Positions 1 through 8,690 of a stretch of DNA of 64,000 bases are shown piece by piece (within the stretch, counting starts at the first letter, position 1; each line of letters begins with the position of its first letter). Made by a program: the position numbers and the translations under genes. The notes under the pieces are model-generated. The model saw only the letters and a list, made by a program, of their open reading frames with translations, ran no database searches and was not told the origin of the DNA. This stretch comes from Nitrospirae bacterium MYbin3 (GTDB lineage Bacteria > Nitrospirota > Thermodesulfovibrionia > Thermodesulfovibrionales > Dissulfurispiraceae), in NCBI GenBank assembly GCA_002753335.1, contig PEAD01000004.1:1-64000 (forward strand). Direction: 5' to 3'.

Positions 1-133
1 GGATGAAGTTTACTATGGCACATTGCCATCTATTAAGGTGGCAGCCTGATAGAACAGCTTATCACTTATAATAGGCTTCAGCCTGTACAGACAAACCCGA
101 CCACTTCTAACAGCGGGTGATGTATCATGTCCG

Positions 134-1219
134 GTGGTGTCGTTATCTGTTACTGATGCTGAGTTGCCTGTATATAATTATTCAATATCTAATTGTTATT
201 CTGCGTCTGGTAGCTTTGTTATTGATAATGTTTCGGTCGGGAGTTTTACAGGTTGTAGCGGCTCGGTTCAATCAACTGCATGTGTATCAAAAGGTACGCC
301 GTTTATAAAACTTGATGCGTTTGTGGTGTCGTCTGCGCTGAAAAATACGTATCCGTCTAAAACAATTTCATTTAATCATACTTATTTGAGCGACTATACC
401 CTTTCATATTCCGAGGTATCATCTGATAATTCTTCATGGGATAAAAAAGTAAAATTAACGGTTGCTGCTGCATCGTTATGTTCATCTTTAAACAGTAATG
501 ATACGATAACAATTAAGTATATTAAAAATAATACTTGGTACAATGTTTATTCTGGTGCTGTTAATGGTCTGTCTGGCTTTTATGTTTTTAATTCTCCTGT
601 TGATCCTTGCGCTTCATGTGTCAGTTATAGAATTGTAGCTCCAAAACAAAATCATGATTATTGTTTTAGTGAACAGAATATTCGAGGCACAACATACAAT
701 TCTTCTTGGGGTTGGAACATTCCTATGCAGTGCGCGGGGGTCAATACATTTACATCTTCGCCGTATTATCCTTATTTTCTCGGTCCAGATTCTCCGAATG
801 GTTTAAGCGCTGGCGGTAATTCTGTATCGTATAACAATCATTTAAAAGGCTGTGCTGCAAGCTATCCAGCAAGCCCCATTTACTATACACCCGATTATGT
901 TATTGGTACCGGTTTATCTTTTGACGGTATGATTTCCGCTATTCAATCTTTTGTATCCAGCTGTAATGCTCAAGATTATGGAGTGTCATATATTCGGACT
1001 ATTAAGAATCATAATTATAACTATGTGTTGTGGCCTGAATGGACGGTTTGGGGAGTATGTAAAAAGTTCACATTAAAAACGCCTGTTCCTTCCGGATGTT
1101 ATAAAGCTGCACGATCTAACTCTATGCTTGGTGGTGGTACTGATACAAACTCCCTGACTGTGCGCCGCAGCGGTCAGGGTTATCGTGGTATTGGCGGTTA
1201 TGAAAAAAGAGTTCATTAG
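134..1219 (+). CDS. Prophage Cys/Ser/Tyr-rich hypothetical protein, probably extracellular or virion-associated; true start uncertain
   Basis: 361-aa ORF with many Cys and T-ending codons, directly upstream of the pIII-like gene; no clear RBS or ATG. Confidence 0.6.
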   Translation: MVSLSVTDAELPVYNYSISNCYSASGSFVIDNVSVGSFTGCSGSVQSTACVSKGTPFIKLDAFVVSSALKNTYPSKTISFNHTYLSDYTLSYSEVSSDNSSWDKKVKLTVAAASLCSSLNSNDTITIKYIKNNTWYNVYSGAVNGLSGFYVFNSPVDPCASCVSYRIVAPKQNHDYCFSEQNIRGTTYNSSWGWNIPMQCAGVNTFTSSPYYPYFLGPDSPNGLSAGGNSVSYNNHLKGCAASYPASPIYYTPDYVIGTGLSFDGMISAIQSFVSSCNAQDYGVSYIRTIKNHNYNYVLWPEWTVWGVCKKFTLKTPVPSGCYKAARSNSMLGGGTDTNSLTVRRSGQGYRGIGGYEKRVH

Positions 1220-1233
1220 GGGGATAGGTAGAT

Positions 1234-2349
1234 ATGGGCGTTCTTAAAAAAATTAACCTGCGACGATTATACGAAGCCGTTATTATCGGTTTAGCATTAT
1301 TTGCTCTCAACTCTGAGGCTTTCGGGCAAGTATGCGGTCAATACCCCATTTTAAAAATACGATATTCTGATGGATGTGATAACAGTCCTGCAGCATATAC
1401 AAAAACACTGCCTACAAATTGCACTGTCACACAAGTTTTTAATGATTGTATCCGTACTGTTTGGAATAGATGCTGCGATGACTCTATACAGGTCTATGAG
1501 GACAGTGTTAGCGATTCCGAGACAATAACCGGCGTTGCTATAGGTTCCGAGCGTGAAGCTGCTCTTGCGGCTATGGAAGCGTTTAAATCTACGCATCCTT
1601 TTCCGTCAGCACAACCCGGCTATGTTCGCGTAGATATGTTAGAGGGTTCTGCATATAGCAGTCGTATGAATGATAATGGTACTTCTGCATTAGTGGACTT
1701 TGTAGCGTGGCGACGTGCAAATTTTGTGAAGATGGATAACGGAACCGTTGTCCCTTTGGAATCGTTAACAGGTGGAACTGGCGGTAGCGGTTCCGGAGGT
1801 GGTCTAAGTAAATCTGACACAACGCAAGCTTTCAAAGATGCCTTAGGCGGAGATAATTTAACAGCCGTTGCAAATGCCGTTGCTGCCGGGTTTGGTTCCA
1901 AGCTTGGTGCATCTGATATAAAACAAGCCTTTAAGGATGCCCTTGATAATGGTAGTTTCAAAGGTGGCATATCAAAACAAGAGGCTCAAGACGCTTTTGA
2001 TGCTGCTATGGGGAAGTATTTCGGAGATAACAGATCCTATTCTTTGGGTAGTTCTTTTAATGAAGGGACATATACCAAGCCCGAGCGGTACTCTAAAACA
2101 CTATCAACTGTCTGGTCTGATTTCAAGACAAATATTTCCGGCACTGCATTATTTTCTGTGCCGTCACAATTTTTTGGTGGCTTGACGGTCAACAATCCTT
2201 CTTCTGTTATATCTTTTTCTGCTGGCCGTTTCGGTAACTTTAGTTATGATTTTGCAAGCATGTCCAGCACATGGTTAATTCTTAAATCCTCTTTGCTAAT
2301 TTGTTTTGCTTATGCGTCTGTGAAGATTATCGTTTTAAAAGGGGCTTAA
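1234..2349 (+). CDS. Inovirus minor coat / adsorption protein (pIII-like)
   Basis: N-terminal signal peptide (…ALFALNSEAFG), Cys-containing N domain, Gly-rich linker GGTGGSGSGGG, C-terminal hydrophobic anchor (TWLILKSSLLICFAYASVKIIV); lies before pVI/pI. Confidence 0.7.
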   Translation: MGVLKKINLRRLYEAVIIGLALFALNSEAFGQVCGQYPILKIRYSDGCDNSPAAYTKTLPTNCTVTQVFNDCIRTVWNRCCDDSIQVYEDSVSDSETITGVAIGSEREAALAAMEAFKSTHPFPSAQPGYVRVDMLEGSAYSSRMNDNGTSALVDFVAWRRANFVKMDNGTVVPLESLTGGTGGSGSGGGLSKSDTTQAFKDALGGDNLTAVANAVAAGFGSKLGASDIKQAFKDALDNGSFKGGISKQEAQDAFDAAMGKYFGDNRSYSLGSSFNEGTYTKPERYSKTLSTVWSDFKTNISGTALFSVPSQFFGGLTVNNPSSVISFSAGRFGNFSYDFASMSSTWLILKSSLLICFAYASVKIIVLKGA

Positions 2350-2350
2350 C

Positions 2351-2677
2351 ATGAATGCAATCATAAATTTCTTTGCCTCGTTTTGGGAGTTTCTAAAAAG
2401 TGCATTGAGTTGGACGGTCGGCGCATTGGGTGATGTTATGCAGGGCGTCTTGTCGGTTTTTTTCGAGGGCTTTTTTGCTATAGTTTACGCGCTCGTAGCT
2501 TCTCTGGATCTCGGAACTTATACCCTGTCTTTGGCTTCAACGTGGGGCGCCTTGCCTACACAGGCTGTATATTTGCTTAATGCGATAGGGATTCCTCAGG
2601 GTCTTACAATGTTGGCGTATGCTTATGGAATACGTTTGATTTTAAATTTGATACCGGCTTCTATTACGAGGGTTTAA
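2351..2677 (+). CDS. Inovirus minor coat protein pVI-like (DUF2523/Ace-like)
   Basis: 108 aa, hydrophobic, C-terminal GIPQGLTMLAYAYGIRLILNLIP motif, between the pIII-like gene and the pI ATPase. Confidence 0.75.
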   Translation: MNAIINFFASFWEFLKSALSWTVGALGDVMQGVLSVFFEGFFAIVYALVASLDLGTYTLSLASTWGALPTQAVYLLNAIGIPQGLTMLAYAYGIRLILNLIPASITRV

Positions 2678-2679
2678 TT

Positions 2680-3756
2680 ATGTCAGTGGTTTGTTTTGAA
2701 GGCCGTCCCGGGGCTGGTAAAACTTACGAGAGCATTATAAAGATAGCAGACAATTTGAAGCTTGGTCGTGTTGTTTATACAAATCTTGACGGTATGGATG
2801 ATGATATTGTCAGAGAATCAATAAAAAGTTTTACGGGCCTCGGTGACTATGATTTAGCTCGGCAGCTTGTTTTTATTCCTCCGCATAAGGTTACTTCTTT
2901 TTGGGAAGGTGCGCCTCGGGGCGTTTTCTTTTGTATTGACGAAGTTCACAAGATATTTAAAAAACAGGATTGGGCAAAAGAACATAATAGCGCCTTTCAT
3001 GTCTGGGCGTCTGAACATCGGAAACATGGACACGATATTTTATTAATCACTCAAGGCATTGAGAAGATTGATGCTCAGGTAAGAACCCTAATTGATTGGA
3101 CGTATAATTATAAAAAAGTTACTTCAATGGGTAGGGTTATGACGGACAGGTATCAAGTTTTTTCATGGAATGACAACGAAGCAAAAGGAAAGCCGCTGGA
3201 TAGCTCGGTTAAAAAATATAATTCTCGATATTATTCTATGTATAACAGTTACGTTTCAAAAGACATTAAAGAGCTGGGTCTTATGAGGCATACAAATATT
3301 TTCAGACATCCAATATTTTTTATTTTGCCGGTGTTCTTTCTTATCACAATTTTCTTTTTTAGTCGGTCAAGCATTGCCAAGGGTGATTTATTTGGTGTTA
3401 ATACCGTCTCGCAGAAAAACAAAGAAATGCTCGAAAACAAAAAGCTTGTTATTAATGAAAAGCGCGTCTCTGAAGTGGCACCAGTGTCGTCTGCTGCAGC
3501 AATTCCGGCTTCGCTACCTGCGCCTATTCTTCCATCATCACCCGCCGCAGTTGTTGCAGGTTCGCCGGGTGCCGCTTATCCTTCGGGTCTTCCTCCATCT
3601 TTTCAGCCGAATCCTGCTGTTGTTGTTAATCCTCAACAAATGCCGAATGCAAAAGCACCCATTGTTGAGGAAAAACCGATAATGGTGACGCCTACAGGAC
3701 AAAAAATCTTTAGGTCATATTTGCAAGTGAACGGTAAAGTGCTGATAGCCGATTAA
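2680..3756 (+). CDS. Inovirus morphogenesis ATPase pI (Zot family)
   Basis: N-terminal Walker A GRPGAGKT, VYTN, Walker B FCIDEVH, HRKHG.DI.LITQ motif, one TM helix, then a Pro-rich tail. Confidence 0.9.
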   Translation: MSVVCFEGRPGAGKTYESIIKIADNLKLGRVVYTNLDGMDDDIVRESIKSFTGLGDYDLARQLVFIPPHKVTSFWEGAPRGVFFCIDEVHKIFKKQDWAKEHNSAFHVWASEHRKHGHDILLITQGIEKIDAQVRTLIDWTYNYKKVTSMGRVMTDRYQVFSWNDNEAKGKPLDSSVKKYNSRYYSMYNSYVSKDIKELGLMRHTNIFRHPIFFILPVFFLITIFFFSRSSIAKGDLFGVNTVSQKNKEMLENKKLVINEKRVSEVAPVSSAAAIPASLPAPILPSSPAAVVAGSPGAAYPSGLPPSFQPNPAVVVNPQQMPNAKAPIVEEKPIMVTPTGQKIFRSYLQVNGKVLIAD

Positions 3757-3807
3757 AAAAAACGGGTGTCCCCGCAGCGGCAGCGAAGGGGTTGCCCGTT
3801 TTTTAAT
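3752..3807. terminator. Bidirectional terminator-like hairpin at the end of the pI gene (possibly also a packaging-signal hairpin)
   Basis: attaaaaaaaacggg...cccgttttttaat inverted repeat with an inner cccc/gggg stem; A-tract before and T-tract after. Confidence 0.65.
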
Positions 3808-3860
3808 GCAGTGTCCTGACTCTTTCTTAGAAGCATTTTGCAAACTTTTTTTAAAAGTTT

Positions 3861-3898
3861 AGTTCCTCGATAGCGGAGCAAGTCTTTATCGAGGAACT
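3861..3898. repeat. Perfect 12-bp inverted repeat in the phage intergenic region
   Basis: agttcctcgata (3861-3872) and tatcgaggaact (3887-3898). Confidence 0.85.
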
Positions 3899-4060
3899 CG
3901 CCAAGAGCGCAAAAATATTGCGGAACCCGTCTTGCTACCGAATATGAAATAAAAGCGGGATCTCCGCAATTTTATTGCTGCGATATTGACAAAATAAAGG
4001 TCGTACTTAAATGTATTCTCTCGGTCGAGAGTATATGTTGAAGTACGACTCCTTAAAGAC

Positions 4061-4080
4061 GTTGTCACTATGTTGTCACT
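4061..4080. repeat. Tandem 9-bp direct repeat, candidate tyrosine-integrase arm-type sites
   Basis: gttgtcact at 4061-4069 and 4072-4080 (11-bp period), ~50 bp from the tRNA 3' end; first copy reads GTCACTAT, as in lambda Int arm sites. Confidence 0.55.
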
Positions 4081-4092
4081 TGGGCAAAAATG

Positions 4093-4121
4093 AAGGGGTT
4101 AGATTATTAGTCTAACCCCTT
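4093..4121 (-). terminator. Hairpin just downstream of tRNA-Lys (terminator or att-associated inverted repeat)
   Basis: aaggggttaga / tctaacccctt 11-bp stem with 7-nt loop, followed by a T-tract on the minus strand. Confidence 0.7.
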
Positions 4122-4131
4122 GAAAATAAAG

Positions 4132-4204
<73 letters not shown>

Positions 4205-4220
4205 ATAGCGAACGATTACA

Positions 4221-4250
4221 ATACTAAAAAATTAACCTAGCAACTGTCAA
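4221..4250 (-). promoter_or_regulatory. Putative sigma70 promoter of tRNA-Lys
   Basis: Minus strand TTGACA-N18-TAGTAT upstream of the tRNA. Confidence 0.55.
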
Positions 4251-4275
4251 CTTGAGTTTTTTATAACTGCATAAA

Positions 4276-6123
4276 TTAAAGTACAGATATAAGTTTTGCA
4301 AGGCTTGGATATTCTCTAAAGCTTAAACCAATATCTTCTTTAAGCAGGCGCAATCCTTCCGGTACATGCTTTAAAAAATATTTTTTATTTTTGACCGTTG
4401 AGAGAAATCCGTAAGCTCCAAGCGCCTGCATGTGCCTTTGTAAGCGGCAAGAAAGAAGAGAGCGTTGAACGTCGTCAGCCATTTCGGTTTTTATATTAGA
4501 AAGATAATATTCCAGCAAGTTTTCTCTAACCGCATCAGGCAAGCGATAATACGGGTCCCAAAGAATTGAGGCGATATCATACGCAGACGGAGCCATGCGA
4601 GCACCTTGATAGTCAATAATTCTGGGCTTCCCATCCATAATCATAATATTTTGCGACTGAAAATCCCTGTGTATTATCGTCTTTTGGAAAGAATCGCATA
4701 ATGATGCAAGCCTGTTAAGCTCATTCTCAATATCATCGATATTTTCGGGCTCTATACCGCGCAAACCTATAACAAATCTCTCTATGAAATATTTCGTTTC
4801 CCACCTGAAATATTCATAGTCAAAAATTCTTGCGGCAAGAGGCGGACATTCATTGACTCTATCTGATGCGTCGGTCTGAATTTTTATTAAGGCATCAAGG
4901 ATTTTTTTGTACATTCGCTCTATGTCCGGCTCTTGCCTTGTGCATTTAAGCCAAGAGTAAAGCGAAAGATCTCCCAAGTCTTCGAATACAGCTTCTTTAC
5001 GGGCATAATCAACCGAAACAAGTACTGGCACAGGAACGCCGCAGGAGGTGAAAAATTTTGTGTATTCGATGTGTCTTTCAAAATCAGCGTCTCCAACTCC
5101 GGATTTCATGACAACACAAGTCCGGCCCGATTCTCCTTTTCTGAAATAGCTTCTATCAGATCCTCCACTGCCTATTAGTACCGAATCAGTGTTTTCGGGC
5201 ATGCCTAAAAACTCATTCTCTTTAATCTTTAGTTCAAAACCCGGTCCAACAATACAGTTGTGATAAGTCCTTGCCTCGGTTTCTGCTCCCGGAAGCAAAA
5301 TACAGTTGCAGAGTTTGGTGCTTTCGCCGATTTTGCTTTCATCCTCGGCAATCACAAATCCGTTAATTTCGGCATTGCTGCATATACTGGTTTCTGAACC
5401 GAAATAAACGGTTTCGCCGTTTGTTCTGAGAAAGTCAACAACAGTTGCCGCATAAGCAGCAGGTGTGCCTATATCGCTCCATTTGGCGCCTGTAAAATCG
5501 CAGGCTCCTACCAGTTCGCCTGAAGCCGAGGTCGCAAGCCATGCATCGACAACACTTGAAGGGCCTGAAGGCAGAAACCTCAAAAACTCAGGCTCATAAA
5601 CAGCAATGCCTGTAAATGCCCTGCTGACAAGGCTTTGAGCGTATTCAGGCCGAGGCAGACCAACATTTTTAAGCAGACCGGCTTCGTTCAGGAAAAGATT
5701 ATTGAACTTCGGAAAGTCATGCACCGCTAAAGTGACCAGATTGCCCTTGTGTTTGTGATAAGAAATAAGTCGGCTGATGTCTATATCAGAAAAAATATCC
5801 GAATTATGAACCACAAAAGCTTTATTTTTAAGAAACGCCTCGGCATTTTTCAGGGCGCCGCCGGTGCCAAGTATTTCATCTTCAATAAATATTTGCGAAT
5901 CGCTAAACGGGGAGAATTCAAGCCACTCTTTTAGAGTCTCTTTTTGATAGTGAAGGTTTATCCCGATTTCACCCGAAACCGAAGCGCGGACCTTCTCCAG
6001 AATTCTTTCCAGCAATGGTTTCCCTGCTATAGGAACAAGCGGCTTGGGAATGCTATTGGTTATGGGTCTTAGCCTTAAGCCAAAGCCGGCAGCAAGGATA
6101 AAGGCGTTGACAGACTCAGCCAT
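4276..6123 (-). CDS. Fused MurU-like nucleotidyltransferase (N-term) and AmgK-like anomeric MurNAc/GlcNAc kinase (C-term)
   Basis: N-term ILAAGFGLRLRPITNSIPKPL; short beta-helix-like linker; C-term GGSDRSYFR, EDLGD, HRDFQSQNIM, DYQGAR, LQRHMQALGAYGFL; adjacent to namZ. Confidence 0.8.
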   Translation of the reverse strand: MAESVNAFILAAGFGLRLRPITNSIPKPLVPIAGKPLLERILEKVRASVSGEIGINLHYQKETLKEWLEFSPFSDSQIFIEDEILGTGGALKNAEAFLKNKAFVVHNSDIFSDIDISRLISYHKHKGNLVTLAVHDFPKFNNLFLNEAGLLKNVGLPRPEYAQSLVSRAFTGIAVYEPEFLRFLPSGPSSVVDAWLATSASGELVGACDFTGAKWSDIGTPAAYAATVVDFLRTNGETVYFGSETSICSNAEINGFVIAEDESKIGESTKLCNCILLPGAETEARTYHNCIVGPGFELKIKENEFLGMPENTDSVLIGSGGSDRSYFRKGESGRTCVVMKSGVGDADFERHIEYTKFFTSCGVPVPVLVSVDYARKEAVFEDLGDLSLYSWLKCTRQEPDIERMYKKILDALIKIQTDASDRVNECPPLAARIFDYEYFRWETKYFIERFVIGLRGIEPENIDDIENELNRLASLCDSFQKTIIHRDFQSQNIMIMDGKPRIIDYQGARMAPSAYDIASILWDPYYRLPDAVRENLLEYYLSNIKTEMADDVQRSLLSCRLQRHMQALGAYGFLSTVKNKKYFLKHVPEGLRLLKEDIGLSFREYPSLAKLISVL

Positions 6124-7315
6124 AAAGGAGATATTTTTTTCTCACATTTTTGTCGAAAACATTACACTCAGCAACCCACCAGCTTTCGATTTCATCGAGG
6201 TTTTTATGCTCTTCCAATTCGATTCTAAGCCTGTCCGAACCTGCAAGGATGTCTATCGGCATTTTTTCGGTTTCATACTCATACGGTGGAAGTTTCCAGA
6301 GGGGATAAGCAGGGTAAAGTTCGTTTGCAGTCTTCAATATTGCTACTGCTGTCTTAAACGGTTTAAATAATTTTTTGTCTAATACATGAATCTGCGCTCC
6401 GCCGCACAGCCTTCCGGCATGCTTTTGGAATGTGGGCTGAAAATGTAGCGGTCTGAAAGCAACCCCTTTAAGCTTAAAATCCACAAGCCTCTTTACAAAT
6501 GCATCAGGCTCGATAAAAGGCGCGCCGAATATCTCAAAAGGCCTCGTAGTTCCTCGCCCCTCACTGAGATGAGTACCTTCAAGCAGACACATGCCGGGAT
6601 AAACCAATGCTGCATCGATTGTCGGCATGTTTGGCGAAGGGAGAACCCACGGCAGTCCTGTTTTGCCGAACCACATGCCACGTTTCCAGTTCCTCATTTT
6701 TATGATATGCAAATCAAGTTTAGGATAAAAGGCATCTTTGAGATAAAGAGCTATTTCTCCGATCGTCATACCATGTCTGACAGGAAGTGGTCTCTGTCCT
6801 ACAAAGGACGCATAATCCGAATCCAAAACAGGGCCTTCGGTCTGAAGCCCGCCGATAGGGTTCGGCCTGTCGAGTACAACCACAGATTTAGCGGATTCAA
6901 GGCAGGCCTGCATGCAAAGTTCCATAGTCCAGATAAAGGTGTAGTAGCGCGCCCCGACATCCTGCACATCAATGACCATGCAGTCTATATTCTTTAGCAT
7001 CTGAGGCAAAGGTTTTCTGGTATTTCCGTAAAGACTATAAACAGGAAGGCCGGTATTTTTGTCTAAAAACCCTTCCCACTCTATCATGTTGTCCTGAGTC
7101 TCTCCCCTGATGCCGTGCTGCGGACCGAAAAGAGCTTTAAGTTTAAAATCCTTACAACGAATAGCTGAATGAACCGTATGTTCAAGTTTTATGTTTACGG
7201 AGGCCGGATGAACAAGAAGTCCGATCCGCAAACCCTTGAGCCGCTTAGGCCAGCTTTTGCCGATTAAATCTATACCGGTCAATACGGTTTTTGTGGTAAG
7301 ATTTTTTGCTTTCAT
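6116..7315 (-). CDS. namZ: Exo-beta-N-acetylmuramidase NamZ (DUF1343/YbbC family), no signal peptide
   Basis: LFGPQHGIRG, YSLYG, DVQDVGARYYTF, VLDRPNP, RHGMTIGE, PSPNMPT, SEGRGTTRPFE motifs. Confidence 0.88.
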   Translation of the reverse strand: MKAKNLTTKTVLTGIDLIGKSWPKRLKGLRIGLLVHPASVNIKLEHTVHSAIRCKDFKLKALFGPQHGIRGETQDNMIEWEGFLDKNTGLPVYSLYGNTRKPLPQMLKNIDCMVIDVQDVGARYYTFIWTMELCMQACLESAKSVVVLDRPNPIGGLQTEGPVLDSDYASFVGQRPLPVRHGMTIGEIALYLKDAFYPKLDLHIIKMRNWKRGMWFGKTGLPWVLPSPNMPTIDAALVYPGMCLLEGTHLSEGRGTTRPFEIFGAPFIEPDAFVKRLVDFKLKGVAFRPLHFQPTFQKHAGRLCGGAQIHVLDKKLFKPFKTAVAILKTANELYPAYPLWKLPPYEYETEKMPIDILAGSDRLRIELEEHKNLDEIESWWVAECNVFDKNVRKKYLLYG

Positions 7316-7330
7316 CTTTTCTTCAGAAGA

Positions 7331-7981
7331 TTATAGCAGTTTGATGCGGCCTTCGGTCATCTTTAGCACTACAGCCCCGAGTCTGTCCGCTTGTTCTATG
7401 TCGTGAGTAGCTATTATCACCGTTTTCTGGTGGTTGTTGAATTTTAAAATCATATCTTCTATTATGCTTTTGCTTTCGGCATCTACAAAGGCTGTGGGCT
7501 CATCAAGGAAAATGATAGAGGGTTCAAACACCATGGCGCGTGCGATTCCGAGTCTCTGCGTTTCACCGCTCGAAAGCGTTTGGGCATTCTGGCTGCTCCT
7601 ATCTGTAAGCTTTACCAGATTAAGAATCTGATTAACCCTTTCTTTTATATCGTTTCCGGTAATACCCCGTATTCTCAATCCATACCCCGCATTATTGAAC
7701 ACAGACGAGTTGAACACTCCGGTCTTGGGCAAAACTAGAGTCATCTTTCTTTTAAGAGAGATTTCGTGGGGCTGCTCGGCATCGCCGCAAAAAAATCTCA
7801 CCGCCCCCTTATCAGGCTGCTCAAGCAGGGCGCAAATTCTTAGAAAGGTTGATTTGCCGCTGCCGTTGGACCCGATTAGCGCGTAAGTCTTGCCTGCTTC
7901 AAATTCAAAACAGCATTCGTTTAAAACAGCATTGCCACCATATCTTTTGCTTATTTTTTCTGCAGAAAGTTTTAAGCTCAT
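7331..7981 (-). CDS. tupC: Tungstate ABC transporter ATP-binding protein
   Basis: Walker A GSNGSGKST, signature LSSGETQR, FLDEPT; in operon with tupA/tupB. Confidence 0.82.
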   Translation of the reverse strand: MSLKLSAEKISKRYGGNAVLNECCFEFEAGKTYALIGSNGSGKSTFLRICALLEQPDKGAVRFFCGDAEQPHEISLKRKMTLVLPKTGVFNSSVFNNAGYGLRIRGITGNDIKERVNQILNLVKLTDRSSQNAQTLSSGETQRLGIARAMVFEPSIIFLDEPTAFVDAESKSIIEDMILKFNNHQKTVIIATHDIEQADRLGAVVLKMTEGRIKLL

Positions 7982-8667
7982 AAGATGTTTTGAACCCCGT
8001 CTTTCTTTTGTACCAAATGCAGGGCAGCGTTAATTAATAGTGAAATAGAGAGCAGGATTATTCCGAGCGCAAGCGCAAGCTCAAAGTTGCCTTTATCGGT
8101 TTCGAGCGCGATGGTTGTGGTCATTACGCGGGTGTATCCTGCAATATTGCCGCCGACTATCAGGATAGCTCCGACTTCGGCCATAACTCTACCCAAGGCA
8201 GCGATTACGGCGGCCATTATTCCGTAACGGGCTTCTTTGACCACAGTTAAGGACTCTTGCAAAGGTGAGGCCCCAAGAGTTGTCGCCGCTTGTCTTATCA
8301 CAGGGTCAACGCCAACTATGGCCGAGTGGGTCAAGGAAACTACGATCGGAAAGGCCAGAATTGTCTGCGCTATAATCATCGCAAACGGCGTATAGAGGAG
8401 CGACAAAAAACCTAATGGGCCGCTTCTTGAAAGAATAAGATAGACGCACAAACCTACCACAACAGGCGGCAGCCCCATAAAGGTATTAATAACACTTATT
8501 ATCGTACCTCTGAAGCGAAATTTTTTCAGACCGGTAAAAGCTCCAATCGGGATGCCTGCAATTGAAGCAAGACACAAGGCGGTCAAAGAAACCTTAAGCG
8601 ACAGCAGAATGATCGCAAAAAGCTCATGGTCGGTATTTAAAATAAGTCCCAATGCCTTTTCGAACAT
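7978..8667 (-). CDS. tupB: Tungstate ABC transporter permease
   Basis: MGLPPVVVGL, SRSGPLG, GRVMAEVGA..IVGGNIAGYTRVMTTTIALET motifs. Confidence 0.88.
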   Translation of the reverse strand: MFEKALGLILNTDHELFAIILLSLKVSLTALCLASIAGIPIGAFTGLKKFRFRGTIISVINTFMGLPPVVVGLCVYLILSRSGPLGFLSLLYTPFAMIIAQTILAFPIVVSLTHSAIVGVDPVIRQAATTLGASPLQESLTVVKEARYGIMAAVIAALGRVMAEVGAILIVGGNIAGYTRVMTTTIALETDKGNFELALALGIILLSISLLINAALHLVQKKDGVQNIL

Positions 8668-8690
8668 ATCCTGGTGTCGTCCCTTATCCG

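Larger units (their letters stand above)
1..4131 (+). mobile_element. Integrated filamentous phage (inovirus-like) prophage, right end; left part lies outside the window
   Basis: Gene order pIII-like > pVI-like > pI/Zot ATPase; T-rich coding strand; element ends at the 3' end of tRNA-Lys with att-like repeats. Confidence 0.85.

Noticed and set aside
2680..3756. Zonula occludens toxin as a virulence factor
   Set aside because: Only the conserved pI ATPase and TM region is recognisable; context indicates phage assembly and nothing supports toxin activity.
3886..4068. 60-aa minus-strand ORF
   Set aside because: Overlaps the hairpins and att-like repeats, with no RBS or recognisable motif.
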